NCBI GenBank assembly: GCA_051439425.1
Contig: JBFRWD010000140.1
Span: forward strand, 1-64,000
DNA length: 64,000 nt
From: Synechococcus sp.
GTDB lineage: Bacteria; Cyanobacteriota; Cyanobacteriia; Thermostichales; PCC-7336
Reading direction: 5' to 3'
Of the stretch, positions 1 to 8,073 are shown in pieces. Made by a program: the position numbers and the translations under genes. Under the pieces are notes generated by a model. It had not been told where the DNA came from. It saw only the letters and a program-made list of their open reading frames with translations, and did not search any database. How positions within the stretch are numbered: position 1 is the first letter of the stretch; every line of letters begins with the position of its first letter.

Positions 1-191
1 ACCAATAATGGCTCATCGGTAACATTACCCTCGTCATCCAGCAGCTCCGGATGCAAGGGGACTTTAGGGCGATTGCGGAGTGCAGGGGGCTGCATTTCGT
101 TGCGACCCATCGCAATCAAGTTCAACACCAAGTTCCGAATGACAAGGAAGCTGATGGCGGCAAATGCAGAGAGGTATAGAAGCTGCAGCAT
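1..191 (-). CDS. DUF2973 family protein (partial, runs off the window start)
   Basis: Hand translation MLQLLYLSAFAAISFLVIRNL...PLHPELLDDEGNVTDEPLLV matches the cyanobacterial DUF2973 pattern (HPELLD...EPLLV). Adjacent to DUF2605 as is usual. Confidence 0.8.
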   Translation of the reverse strand, partial: MLQLLYLSAFAAISFLVIRNLVLNLIAMGRNEMQPPALRNRPKVPLHPELLDDEGNVTDEPLL

Positions 192-285
192 GGACGCACC
201 CCGAGAGCAATAGATAAGACTTGATACGAGTAGAGAGAAACTGAGTGGCGACGATTACCAACGCCGGTGGCAACAGAAGTCACAC

Positions 286-663
286 TCAGCCAGTAGAAAC
301 ATCTTCAACGTCACCGTCAGAGACAGGAATGTTATCGGCTGACATTGAATCGGCTTGTTCTGCCTTGAGGCGGCGAAATTGCTGCCCGACCCCTCCACAT
401 TCCAATAGCAGACGATGCCATTGCACGACCAGTTTTGGATCGATACCCACCGAATAGTCCGACAAGCTGTAGAGTTGCTCGGCAGATTGAAGTTCTGCCA
501 GTGCCGCTTTCACGCGCTCAAGGAGTTCGGTTTGTTCGGATGGGGTCAGAAACTCAATGCGATTGTCTTCTAACAATGTAATTGACTTACCGAACCAATA
601 GTGAAAATCCTCAAGCAGGGGGCTGAGAAGCTCTTTCAGTAACTGTTTGCTGTCTGGTGCCAC
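286..663 (-). CDS. DUF2605 family protein
   Basis: LLKELLSPLLEDFHYWF...LL...WHRLLLEC motif. Start placed at GTG 663; the ORF track extends to 753. Confidence 0.8.
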   Translation of the reverse strand: MAPDSKQLLKELLSPLLEDFHYWFGKSITLLEDNRIEFLTPSEQTELLERVKAALAELQSAEQLYSLSDYSVGIDPKLVVQWHRLLLECGGVGQQFRRLKAEQADSMSADNIPVSDGDVEDVSTG

Positions 664-804
664 TACGTGTCGGGACTCCACCGCGCGAAAGGTAAGGTAT
701 CTACATGATCGGGCCAAATTCTTGAAAAGGGAAACTGAAATCGACATCTGCAATTTGAAGAGAGCATCACCAGGCTAGCTCCCTATCCCATTCAAGTGAC
801 AGTG

Positions 805-987
805 CTACTGGGGAAACGTTCGGTTGTAATCGTCAATCAAGTCATCAATCTCCTCTAGTGCTTGATTGACATCGACCCGTAGTGTGCCTAAGTCAGTACG
901 CTCTAGCAATTTTTCGATTGAGGGGCGACGAGCCTGAATTGCCTCAATGCGCTGTTTCAATACTTGTACGGCGACTTCGTCCATCAA
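805..987 (-). CDS. small conserved cyanobacterial hypothetical protein
   Basis: 60 aa, helical, with LGTLRVDVNQALEEIDDLI motif; co-oriented with its neighbours. Confidence 0.7.
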   Translation of the reverse strand: MMDEVAVQVLKQRIEAIQARRPSIEKLLERTDLGTLRVDVNQALEEIDDLIDDYNRTFPQ

Positions 988-1169
988 TCCTGTCCGTTAT
1001 GCCCAGTTTGCCTCCTGATTGTATCAAAACGTAAAGGTGGGTTTGGCATTCTTTGGATTTCCTGGATTTTTTGGATTCCCTATCAACGACTAAGGCACAT
1101 GACCTTCTATGTGCGGATTAAAAACATGCTTATAAGTCAGCCTGATAAACCACTTGAGGGAAATGGCTG

Positions 1170-2393
1170 CTAGAGAGCCGCCATTAAATCCACCAGAATA
1201 CTATTGGAGAATAGCCAGCCATCTGGAGGTACGAATCGCAATCGGCCCTTGTGTTCCTCGACCCATCCTTTTTGTTGGTAATCCGCCACTGTCGTTCGAA
1301 TGGCATCCAAGGTAGTCTTGCCAAAAACGGCAGAAAGCTCGGCAATCGATAACCCTTCTCTCAGTCTTAGCCCCAGCATTAACGTATCGAGCAACTGCTC
1401 GCGCTCGCTCACCCGTTCCGCCCTTGGCAATTGTCCCTTTTCGATTGAGGAAAAATACTCGGCCAACGTTTTGGGCTGCTCGTACCGCCGTCCATCGACA
1501 TATCCGGTCGCTCCCATCCCCAGTCCGTGATAGCTGCGATTTTCCCAATAGACGCGGTTGTGAAGACACTGGTGATTGGTTTGGGCGAAGTTCGATACCT
1601 CGTAATGGTTGTAACCCGCTTGAGTCAACAGGGCGATCGCCATTCGATACATGTCTACGGTGTCGCCATCGCTGGGCAAGGGCTGGCTGCCAGGTTGATA
1701 CATGCGACCAAAACGGGTTCCTTGCTCGATGGTTAGATCGTAGAGAGAGACGTGGGTGGGGGCGAGGCGGATGACTTCTTCCAGGGAATATTGCCAATGG
1801 TTAATGGTCTGGTGAGGGAGCCCGAATATTAAATCTAGATTGAAGTTGCCAAACCCTGCTGCCTTCAAGTCGCTGACCGCTTGATAGACCTCATACACTC
1901 CATGCAACCGCCCACAGGCCTCCAGCAATTCGGGCTGAAAGGCTTGTACTCCCAGGCTAATGCGATTGATGCCCGCGCTCCGATATTGTTGAAGCGATCG
2001 CAGGCTAACCGTGCCGGGATTGGCCTCTAAGGATACCTCCGCATTGTTGGCAATTCTGCATCGATCGCGCAGACTGTCCAGGATGCGTTGTATTTGCTCG
2101 CCAGTTAACAGTGAAGGCGTCCCTCCACCAAAAAATATTGTTTTCAGGGGCGGACATTCTCCTGCAACCTGCTGGATTTGCTGGCACAGGGCTTGAACGT
2201 AGCGCTCGATTAAGTCTGGAGTGCCGCGGCCTGTTGCGAAATCGCAATAGTGGCAGCGGCGACGACAAAATGGAATGTGAAGATAGGCTGCTGTGGGCAG
2301 AGAAAAAGAGCGCGTATCCTTTCGTTGTGTCGTTTCTGGATGTCTGTCAGAACGGGCTGTTTGGGTAAGAGAAGTCGAGGATTGTGAACTCAT
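1170..2393 (-). CDS. hemW: radical SAM heme chaperone HemW (HemN-like)
   Basis: YLHIPFCRRRCHYCDF (CxxxCxxC), FFGGGTPS, YEVSNFA, HNRVYW motifs. Confidence 0.9.
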   Translation of the reverse strand: MSSQSSTSLTQTARSDRHPETTQRKDTRSFSLPTAAYLHIPFCRRRCHYCDFATGRGTPDLIERYVQALCQQIQQVAGECPPLKTIFFGGGTPSLLTGEQIQRILDSLRDRCRIANNAEVSLEANPGTVSLRSLQQYRSAGINRISLGVQAFQPELLEACGRLHGVYEVYQAVSDLKAAGFGNFNLDLIFGLPHQTINHWQYSLEEVIRLAPTHVSLYDLTIEQGTRFGRMYQPGSQPLPSDGDTVDMYRMAIALLTQAGYNHYEVSNFAQTNHQCLHNRVYWENRSYHGLGMGATGYVDGRRYEQPKTLAEYFSSIEKGQLPRAERVSEREQLLDTLMLGLRLREGLSIAELSAVFGKTTLDAIRTTVADYQQKGWVEEHKGRLRFVPPDGWLFSNSILVDLMAAL

Positions 2394-2753
2394 ATCGAGC
2401 AGACAGTAGGGAATTCGGATTGGTTAGAGAGGATTTGAAGGGCCGCTATAATTCTTGTGAGCTACCCTTGCGACCTCACGACAGCCGTACTGTCTTCGGA
2501 AGTTGACCTCAGTAGACTTCGTTCTCACCAGAGCGAGCTATCCGGAGGGCAATTTCTCGTTTAGGGGTATTGCTATTCATCGGGAGGACATCCATCTACC
2601 TCGCGGGCCTGAGGGTGCATCTCCGATTCAGTTGCACGGTAATTCACGATGCGATGGTTCTTGTGACGAAGCTTAGCTGGCTTGCAAGCTAGCCCAGATC
2701 TAGCTGGCGCGCAGATCCGCTACCCCCTATGCGTTTGGGAACGATCGACCACA

Positions 2754-3848
2754 ATGCTAGACGTCTTACTTATCTTTATTTTCATCCTAGCAGGGACAGG
2801 GGTTGGTGCTTATGGCCTCGATTTCTTGCCCGATACAGTGCTGCAGGGGGCCAATGTTGAGGGTGCCCGGTTTGTGACAGCAGGGTTTGGGGGACTCTCA
2901 GGGCTACTGTTTGGGTCAATTGTACGTTGGGCCTATCGGCGTTTTGAACGCACGGTGCGATCGCTGCCCGTAGATATACTTGTCACGCGTTCTATTGGCT
3001 TGGTGGTCGGTTTGCTGTTAGCCAATTTGGCGATGGGGCCGGTGTACCTATTGCCGCTTCCGAAAGAACTTAATTTCATCGAGCCCCTGACATCAGTCTT
3101 CTTCAGTTTGTGCTTTGCATATCTTGGAGTCAGTTTGGGGGATAGTCACGGGCGATCGCTGCTGCGGCTGTTTAATCCCAACTTAGCCATGCAGGCATCT
3201 CTGATGGCGGAGGGGTCAGTTCAACCTGCCTCGGCAAAGGTGTTGGATACCAGTTGCATTATCGACGGGCGCATTGGGAAACTGCTGGAAACAAAGTTTA
3301 TTGAAGGCACGATTGTCGTGCCTCGGTTTGTACTGATCGAGCTGCAGGCGATTGCCGATAAAGCCGAGCCCCAAAAACGGGAACGGGGGCGTCGGGGCTT
3401 GGATATTTTGCAAAAATTGCAGGACGATTACCCCGAGCAAATTTTGATTCACGAAGCTGATTTCCCGGAGCTAGAGACCGTAGACGAGAAATTGGTTCGG
3501 TTAGCTCAGGTGACCAATGGGGCGTTGCTGACAACAGACTTTAATCTCAATAAAGTTGCCACCCTGCAGAGTGTTGTCGTGCTGAACGTCAACGAGCTTG
3601 CAGAAGCTCTGCGCCCTGCCTATCTCCCTGGTGACAACATTAATCTGAAAATCATCCGCGAGGGGAAAGAGCCGGGGCAGGGAATCGGATATTTGGAGGA
3701 CGGCACAATGGTGGTTGTGGAAGCCGGCCTGGGGGCTATGGGTAAGAAGCTTCCGGTTGAAGTCACCAGCGCTCTTCAAACATCGGCGGGCCGCATGATT
3801 TTTGCTAAATTAGTCAACCCAAAAAGAGAACCGGTGAAAACATCCTAA
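2754..3848 (+). CDS. membrane PIN/TRAM domain protein
   Basis: N-terminal TM helices, PIN motif VLDTSCIIDGRI, TRAM region GKEPGQGIGYLEDGTMVVVE. Start set at ATG 2754. Confidence 0.9.
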   Translation: MLDVLLIFIFILAGTGVGAYGLDFLPDTVLQGANVEGARFVTAGFGGLSGLLFGSIVRWAYRRFERTVRSLPVDILVTRSIGLVVGLLLANLAMGPVYLLPLPKELNFIEPLTSVFFSLCFAYLGVSLGDSHGRSLLRLFNPNLAMQASLMAEGSVQPASAKVLDTSCIIDGRIGKLLETKFIEGTIVVPRFVLIELQAIADKAEPQKRERGRRGLDILQKLQDDYPEQILIHEADFPELETVDEKLVRLAQVTNGALLTTDFNLNKVATLQSVVVLNVNELAEALRPAYLPGDNINLKIIREGKEPGQGIGYLEDGTMVVVEAGLGAMGKKLPVEVTSALQTSAGRMIFAKLVNPKREPVKTS

Positions 3849-3888
3849 GGAGGATCGCTTTTAGAATAAGCGCCTGAACGATCTTTCG

Positions 3889-4779
3889 ATGCTGAATACG
3901 ATGCTTGCTTTGTTTGCTTTACGATTTGAGCTGTTTGAGGGCTGTCGAACTCTTGAGACGTCTAGTTGGCTTAGGAGGTGTGGCATTATTCGTTGGCTGG
4001 GTGCTTGTTATATCGCACTTGCTGCAATGCTACTCCTCAATTGCAACGGTGTTATTGCCAGTGAAGTTTTTACCCAAGACATTGTTGCGGAAGAGATTGC
4101 AGCAGGTGATGGTATTCCCAACAGTTTGAACGCTCGTGAGTTATTTGAAACGGCTTTTTCTAATCGCTACGTGGATGGACCTGACTTTCCCGGTTATGAA
4201 GCCGAGGTGTCAGTTACATACAACCGACAGATTTACCAAGGACGAGTCCGAGTTCAGCCAGATTATCGGGTCGATATCTTCAATATGGCTCGGGAGGATG
4301 CTCGCAACTACGCTCTGGAACAGCTCAACCAGGCTCATGCCCAGCACCAACCCATTTCCTTTGATGCAGTTCATGGCAGCTCAGATTTTCGACTCGTCAG
4401 TACCGATGCCTTCGGCATTAGCGAGATTGAAGAGCACGGCCCCGATATCGATGCGTCTTATCGAATACAGCAGGGCCGCATCGTCGACGTTACCCGACAT
4501 ATCGGAGACTTTGATGTTGAGGTGACAACATCGGCATCCATCCATCCAGCTGCAGGCTATTTACCGACCGAGTATCGGGAAGTCGTTCGCGATCGCACCA
4601 CAAACGAAGTCATATCCGCTAGAGATTTTCGCGACTATTACATGAAAGTGAGTCAATACTTTCTCCTCCACCGTCGCTTGATGCGAGAAGCCGATTCGCT
4701 AGAGGAGCTGAGCGGCAAGCCTGTTGATGAGACCGCGATTATTATTACCGGGATCGATGCTATTCCAGCTGCTAGATAG
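3889..4779 (+). CDS. DUF3386-like protein with possible signal peptide
   Basis: ARELFETAFSNRY...DFPGYEAEV resembles the DUF3386 N-terminus. True start uncertain and may be downstream. Confidence 0.65.
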   Translation: MLNTMLALFALRFELFEGCRTLETSSWLRRCGIIRWLGACYIALAAMLLLNCNGVIASEVFTQDIVAEEIAAGDGIPNSLNARELFETAFSNRYVDGPDFPGYEAEVSVTYNRQIYQGRVRVQPDYRVDIFNMAREDARNYALEQLNQAHAQHQPISFDAVHGSSDFRLVSTDAFGISEIEEHGPDIDASYRIQQGRIVDVTRHIGDFDVEVTTSASIHPAAGYLPTEYREVVRDRTTNEVISARDFRDYYMKVSQYFLLHRRLMREADSLEELSGKPVDETAIIITGIDAIPAAR

Positions 4780-4976
4780 TCGCGAAGCTCCTTTCCGCCT
4801 CGGTGAGGGCTGTTCTGAAACTGCCACTTTATGATGCAGTGTTCGCGAACTCAGGCGGTAAACAAGTCGCTCAAGTAAAATTGGGAGACAAGATTGGAAG
4901 AAATGCTATTTTCGAGCAGGCATCTTTACTTACTCCGCTGTAGTCATATTTCAGGTCTTGCTGCCACTATTGCTCC

Positions 4977-5909
4977 ATGATCGGGATGAACGAGCCAATT
5001 TCAGTCACGTCTAAACGCCAGACCGCTGTACAGCTGGTCCTGTACATCACATTGGTGCTGAATCTTGTGGTCTTCGCTGCCAAAGTTGCTCTAGGAATCA
5101 CAACCGGTTCTCTCAGCTTAATTGCAGATGCATTGCACTCAGTGAGCGACAGCGCCAGCAATATCCTGGGGCTAGTGGCAATGCGGATGGCCAAGCCTGA
5201 ACCAGACTGGGATCATCCGTACGGTCACACGAAATTTGAGTCAGTGGGAGCTTTGGGGATCGCAGCTTTTTTGGCCGTAGCCTTTATCGAAATTGTGCAA
5301 GCAGCCATTCAGCGATTGGTGAATGGGGATGCTGCAGAACTACTAAATATTGATTCCACCACGTTTCAGGTCATGGTGGGAGTATTAGTCATCAATATCT
5401 TTGTCACCCTCTACGAACGCTGGCAAGGACAAGTCCATAACAGTCGCCTATTACTGGCCGATGCGCGCCATACCCTGAGCGATGTCGGCATCACAATCGT
5501 CGTGCTGTTGGGATTGTTTGGAGTACAGCAAGGGTGGTTCTGGTTGGATACAGTGCTGGCGTTTCCTGTTGGGGCACTAGTGTTGTGGAGTTCTTGGGAA
5601 GTCCTGCGAGAAAACATTCCTGTCTTGACCGATCGCGTGGCCATTTCTCCCAGTGCTATTCACGAGCAGGTGATGACTGTAGAAGGGGTGTTGAACTGTC
5701 ACGAGATTTCTTCGCGAGGCATTGTTGGGCAGCAGGTGTTTGTTGAGATGCACTTGGTGGTCAAGCCGTTGGATGTGGAATCCGCCCACAGGATTTCCGA
5801 ACAGGTAGAGCAAGTACTGCAGGGCAGGTACGGCGAGCTTCATGCCACCATTCACTTAGAACCACACGACTATATTGAGCCTTTCGAACAGCATCCACCC
5901 GAGGAGTAG
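4977..5909 (+). CDS. cation diffusion facilitator (CDF) transporter
   Basis: SLSLIADALHSVSD, HPYGHTKFE, LLADARHTLSD, IHLEP motifs. Confidence 0.92.
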   Translation: MIGMNEPISVTSKRQTAVQLVLYITLVLNLVVFAAKVALGITTGSLSLIADALHSVSDSASNILGLVAMRMAKPEPDWDHPYGHTKFESVGALGIAAFLAVAFIEIVQAAIQRLVNGDAAELLNIDSTTFQVMVGVLVINIFVTLYERWQGQVHNSRLLLADARHTLSDVGITIVVLLGLFGVQQGWFWLDTVLAFPVGALVLWSSWEVLRENIPVLTDRVAISPSAIHEQVMTVEGVLNCHEISSRGIVGQQVFVEMHLVVKPLDVESAHRISEQVEQVLQGRYGELHATIHLEPHDYIEPFEQHPPEE

Positions 5910-6054
5910 CCTCGGTTTTCACGTAGGTTAGATGCTGATTGTTCGGGCCTTTCAGCTTTTTCTCGCCAAAATTGAATATCTTGGTTGACAAGCGCAGATC
6001 CGCGCCTTTAGGATAGGTGAGGTCGAAGGGCGGGAGCCCTGCAGACAATGGTTA

Positions 6055-6127
6055 GCCCCCATCGTCTAGAGGCCTAGGACACCTCCCTTTCACGGAGGCG
6101 ACAGGGGTTCGAATCCCCTTGGGGGTA
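6055..6127 (+). tRNA. tRNA-Glu (TTC)
   Basis: GCCCCCATCGTCTAGAGGCCTAGGACACCTCCCTTTCACGGAGGCGACAGGGGTTCGAATCCCCTTGGGGGTA; cloverleaf with TTC anticodon and GTTCGAAT T-loop; CCA not encoded. Confidence 0.97.
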
Positions 6128-6135
6128 TACAAGAG

Positions 6136-6158
6136 ACGACGCTTCGGCGTCGTTTTTT
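6136..6158 (+). terminator. rho-independent terminator after tRNA-Glu
   Basis: ACGACGC-TTCG-GCGTCGT followed by a T run. Confidence 0.85.
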
Positions 6159-6189
6159 AGCATCTACACATAGTTCTGTTGGAATGGTG

Positions 6190-6296
6190 CTATGGCAATC
6201 TGCTCTAAGGTCTGGAGTGCTTAGACAGCTAGAGTCCTTAATTGGAAAGGAAAAGTACTTAGGAACCTCTCTATAGCGGATTGCCGATCGCTATAG
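6190..6296 (-). repeat. dispersed repeat family B, copy 1 (107 bp, MITE-like)
   Basis: Reverse complement aligns closely over its length with 47627-47750 and 43257-43364. Confidence 0.85.
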
Positions 6297-6334
6297 TGTG
6301 CGAACTTCTGCAGCTTAAGATCTGCAAGTTTGGT

Positions 6335-7015
6335 TCAGCCAGAGGCCTGGTCAAACTGGCCAGCATGAAAAGAGTGGCACTGTTGTGATAGCGGACATCG
6401 ATCGCAGTTTGGTTTTCGAGCCACGCACACCAGTGCACCAAAATCTAGCAGTGTGAGGTTCCAGCGAGCTACTTGCTGCTGGGGAGCAACCCGATCTGTC
6501 AGGTGTTTATACTGGCGATCTCGCTGCGGTAATTTGAGGGGCGGCAGTCCAAAAAAGCGCCCGAGAACGCGTGCAACATTAACATCTAGAACAGGTGTTC
6601 GCTGACCAAACGCACTGGCACAGATAGCATTGGCCGTGTAAGGCCCCACTCCCGGTAGATTGAGTAATTCGGACTGGAGATCGGGAATACGTCCCCCATA
6701 CTCCGCAAGCAGAATTTTGGCAGAGCGATACAAGCGTTCGGCGCGGAACGAGAGTCCCAATGGAACTAATAGCGTGTTTAACTCGTGTAGGTTAGCCTCG
6801 GCCAAGCGGGTAAGGGTGGGATAGCGAATGAGAAACTGCTCGTATACGTTTCTTACCTGCTCGGCTCCTGTTTTCTGCAATAAAAACTCGGCGACGAAAA
6901 TCGCGTAGGGATCTCGCGTTCGCCGCCAAGGAAAATCTCTTAAATTGTCGGAACTCCAGTCCAGTAGCTTGGTTTGAAACCACTGGATGCTGCCATTGGT
7001 TGGGGATATTGGCAT
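6335..7015 (-). CDS. HhH-GPD mismatch DNA glycosylase (short MutY/Mig-like, 4Fe-4S)
   Basis: RDFPWR, EFLLQKT, LPGVGPYTANA, LDVNV, and FCL motif CVARKPNCDRCPLSQQC; no C-terminal MutT-like domain. Confidence 0.85.
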   Translation of the reverse strand: MPISPTNGSIQWFQTKLLDWSSDNLRDFPWRRTRDPYAIFVAEFLLQKTGAEQVRNVYEQFLIRYPTLTRLAEANLHELNTLLVPLGLSFRAERLYRSAKILLAEYGGRIPDLQSELLNLPGVGPYTANAICASAFGQRTPVLDVNVARVLGRFFGLPPLKLPQRDRQYKHLTDRVAPQQQVARWNLTLLDFGALVCVARKPNCDRCPLSQQCHSFHAGQFDQASG

Positions 7016-7092
7016 GGGTCTCGCTAATCGCCCATCCCAGCGTAGCCCGCTCCCATCCTGTCAGCTTATGTTCCAGTGTCGAAGGGCTGGTA

Positions 7093-7731
7093 CTAGCGAG
7101 TCACTAACATGTGACGTTGGCGATCGAAGGATAGCCAGCCTTCCTTGCGGAAGTTGCTCAGTAGGCGAGTCACTGTCACACGTGTGGTGCCGATTGCATT
7201 CGCCAATTGTTGGTGAGTGAGACGAACGGAAATCAGAGTCGCGCCATCCTCCGATTCTTGGCCAAACTCATCGGAAAGTAGGTCGATCAAGGTACTGAGA
7301 CGAGAGGCCACAGGGCGCTGGCCGCTGAGGGCTAGCCAGGCTTCAGACTGACGCAAGCGGGCCATCATCTGACGGCATAGACCGGCCGCTAAAATATCGT
7401 TGCTTTCGACTTCGGCCAGCGACAAGCGCAAGACATCTACATGAGTTAGGGCGACTGCTTGGTAGGGGTCAACAATGGTTAGGGGTAAGCCAATCGGAGT
7501 GGTTGGACCCGCCAATCCTAATAACGTTTCGTCTCCACTATCATGGATGACACTCAATTGAACGACACCACGGCAAACAATTAAAATCTCGTTTGGCTTA
7601 AGTGGAATGTTACATCCGCCTTCGAATGGAGTCAGCGTCCGTTCGCGGTACAACTGCTCCAAATATTCTCGATACTGAGGGATGGGTTGTAGCTGTTGCA
7701 TAACTCTGATGAGGAGTGTATTCGAGTTCAC
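7093..7731 (-). CDS. Crp/Fnr family transcriptional regulator
   Basis: cNMP-like N-domain and Crp HTH RLTHQQLANAIGTTRVTVTRLL. Confidence 0.9.
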   Translation of the reverse strand: MNSNTLLIRVMQQLQPIPQYREYLEQLYRERTLTPFEGGCNIPLKPNEILIVCRGVVQLSVIHDSGDETLLGLAGPTTPIGLPLTIVDPYQAVALTHVDVLRLSLAEVESNDILAAGLCRQMMARLRQSEAWLALSGQRPVASRLSTLIDLLSDEFGQESEDGATLISVRLTHQQLANAIGTTRVTVTRLLSNFRKEGWLSFDRQRHMLVTR

Positions 7732-8073
7732 ACTAACGGCTATTCATCAAGAACCTGCAAAGCAAACGTTAAGCAGAGGTTAAGCGATCCCTACTGGATT
7801 TATTTACGATTTTATGTATGCGATATCGTTCAAAACAGTCATGAAAAGATACTTTCAGCTATTTTTTGCTCTGACAGGATGTCGGTGTAACACTTCAAGC
7901 GATTCGTGATTCGAGAAGCTTTATCGCAAAAGTATTCTGCAACAACGGCCATGAGAAAAGATGCATCCTCCGTAACACTGACTAATTTTGTGACAGCAAA
8001 AGAACAGATTCCCGCTGGATTCAACTGAAGGTATCGAATGAATATCTTGCTATATCCAAATGAGAAATTAGAG

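Noticed and set aside
2394..2753. ncRNA in the hemW / PIN-TRAM divergent gap
   Set aside because: A TATAAT is present near 2447, but no recognisable RNA family or strong structure
6055..6340. tRNA-Glu as attachment site of an integrated element
   Set aside because: No integrase nearby and no duplicate of the tRNA 3' end found in the window
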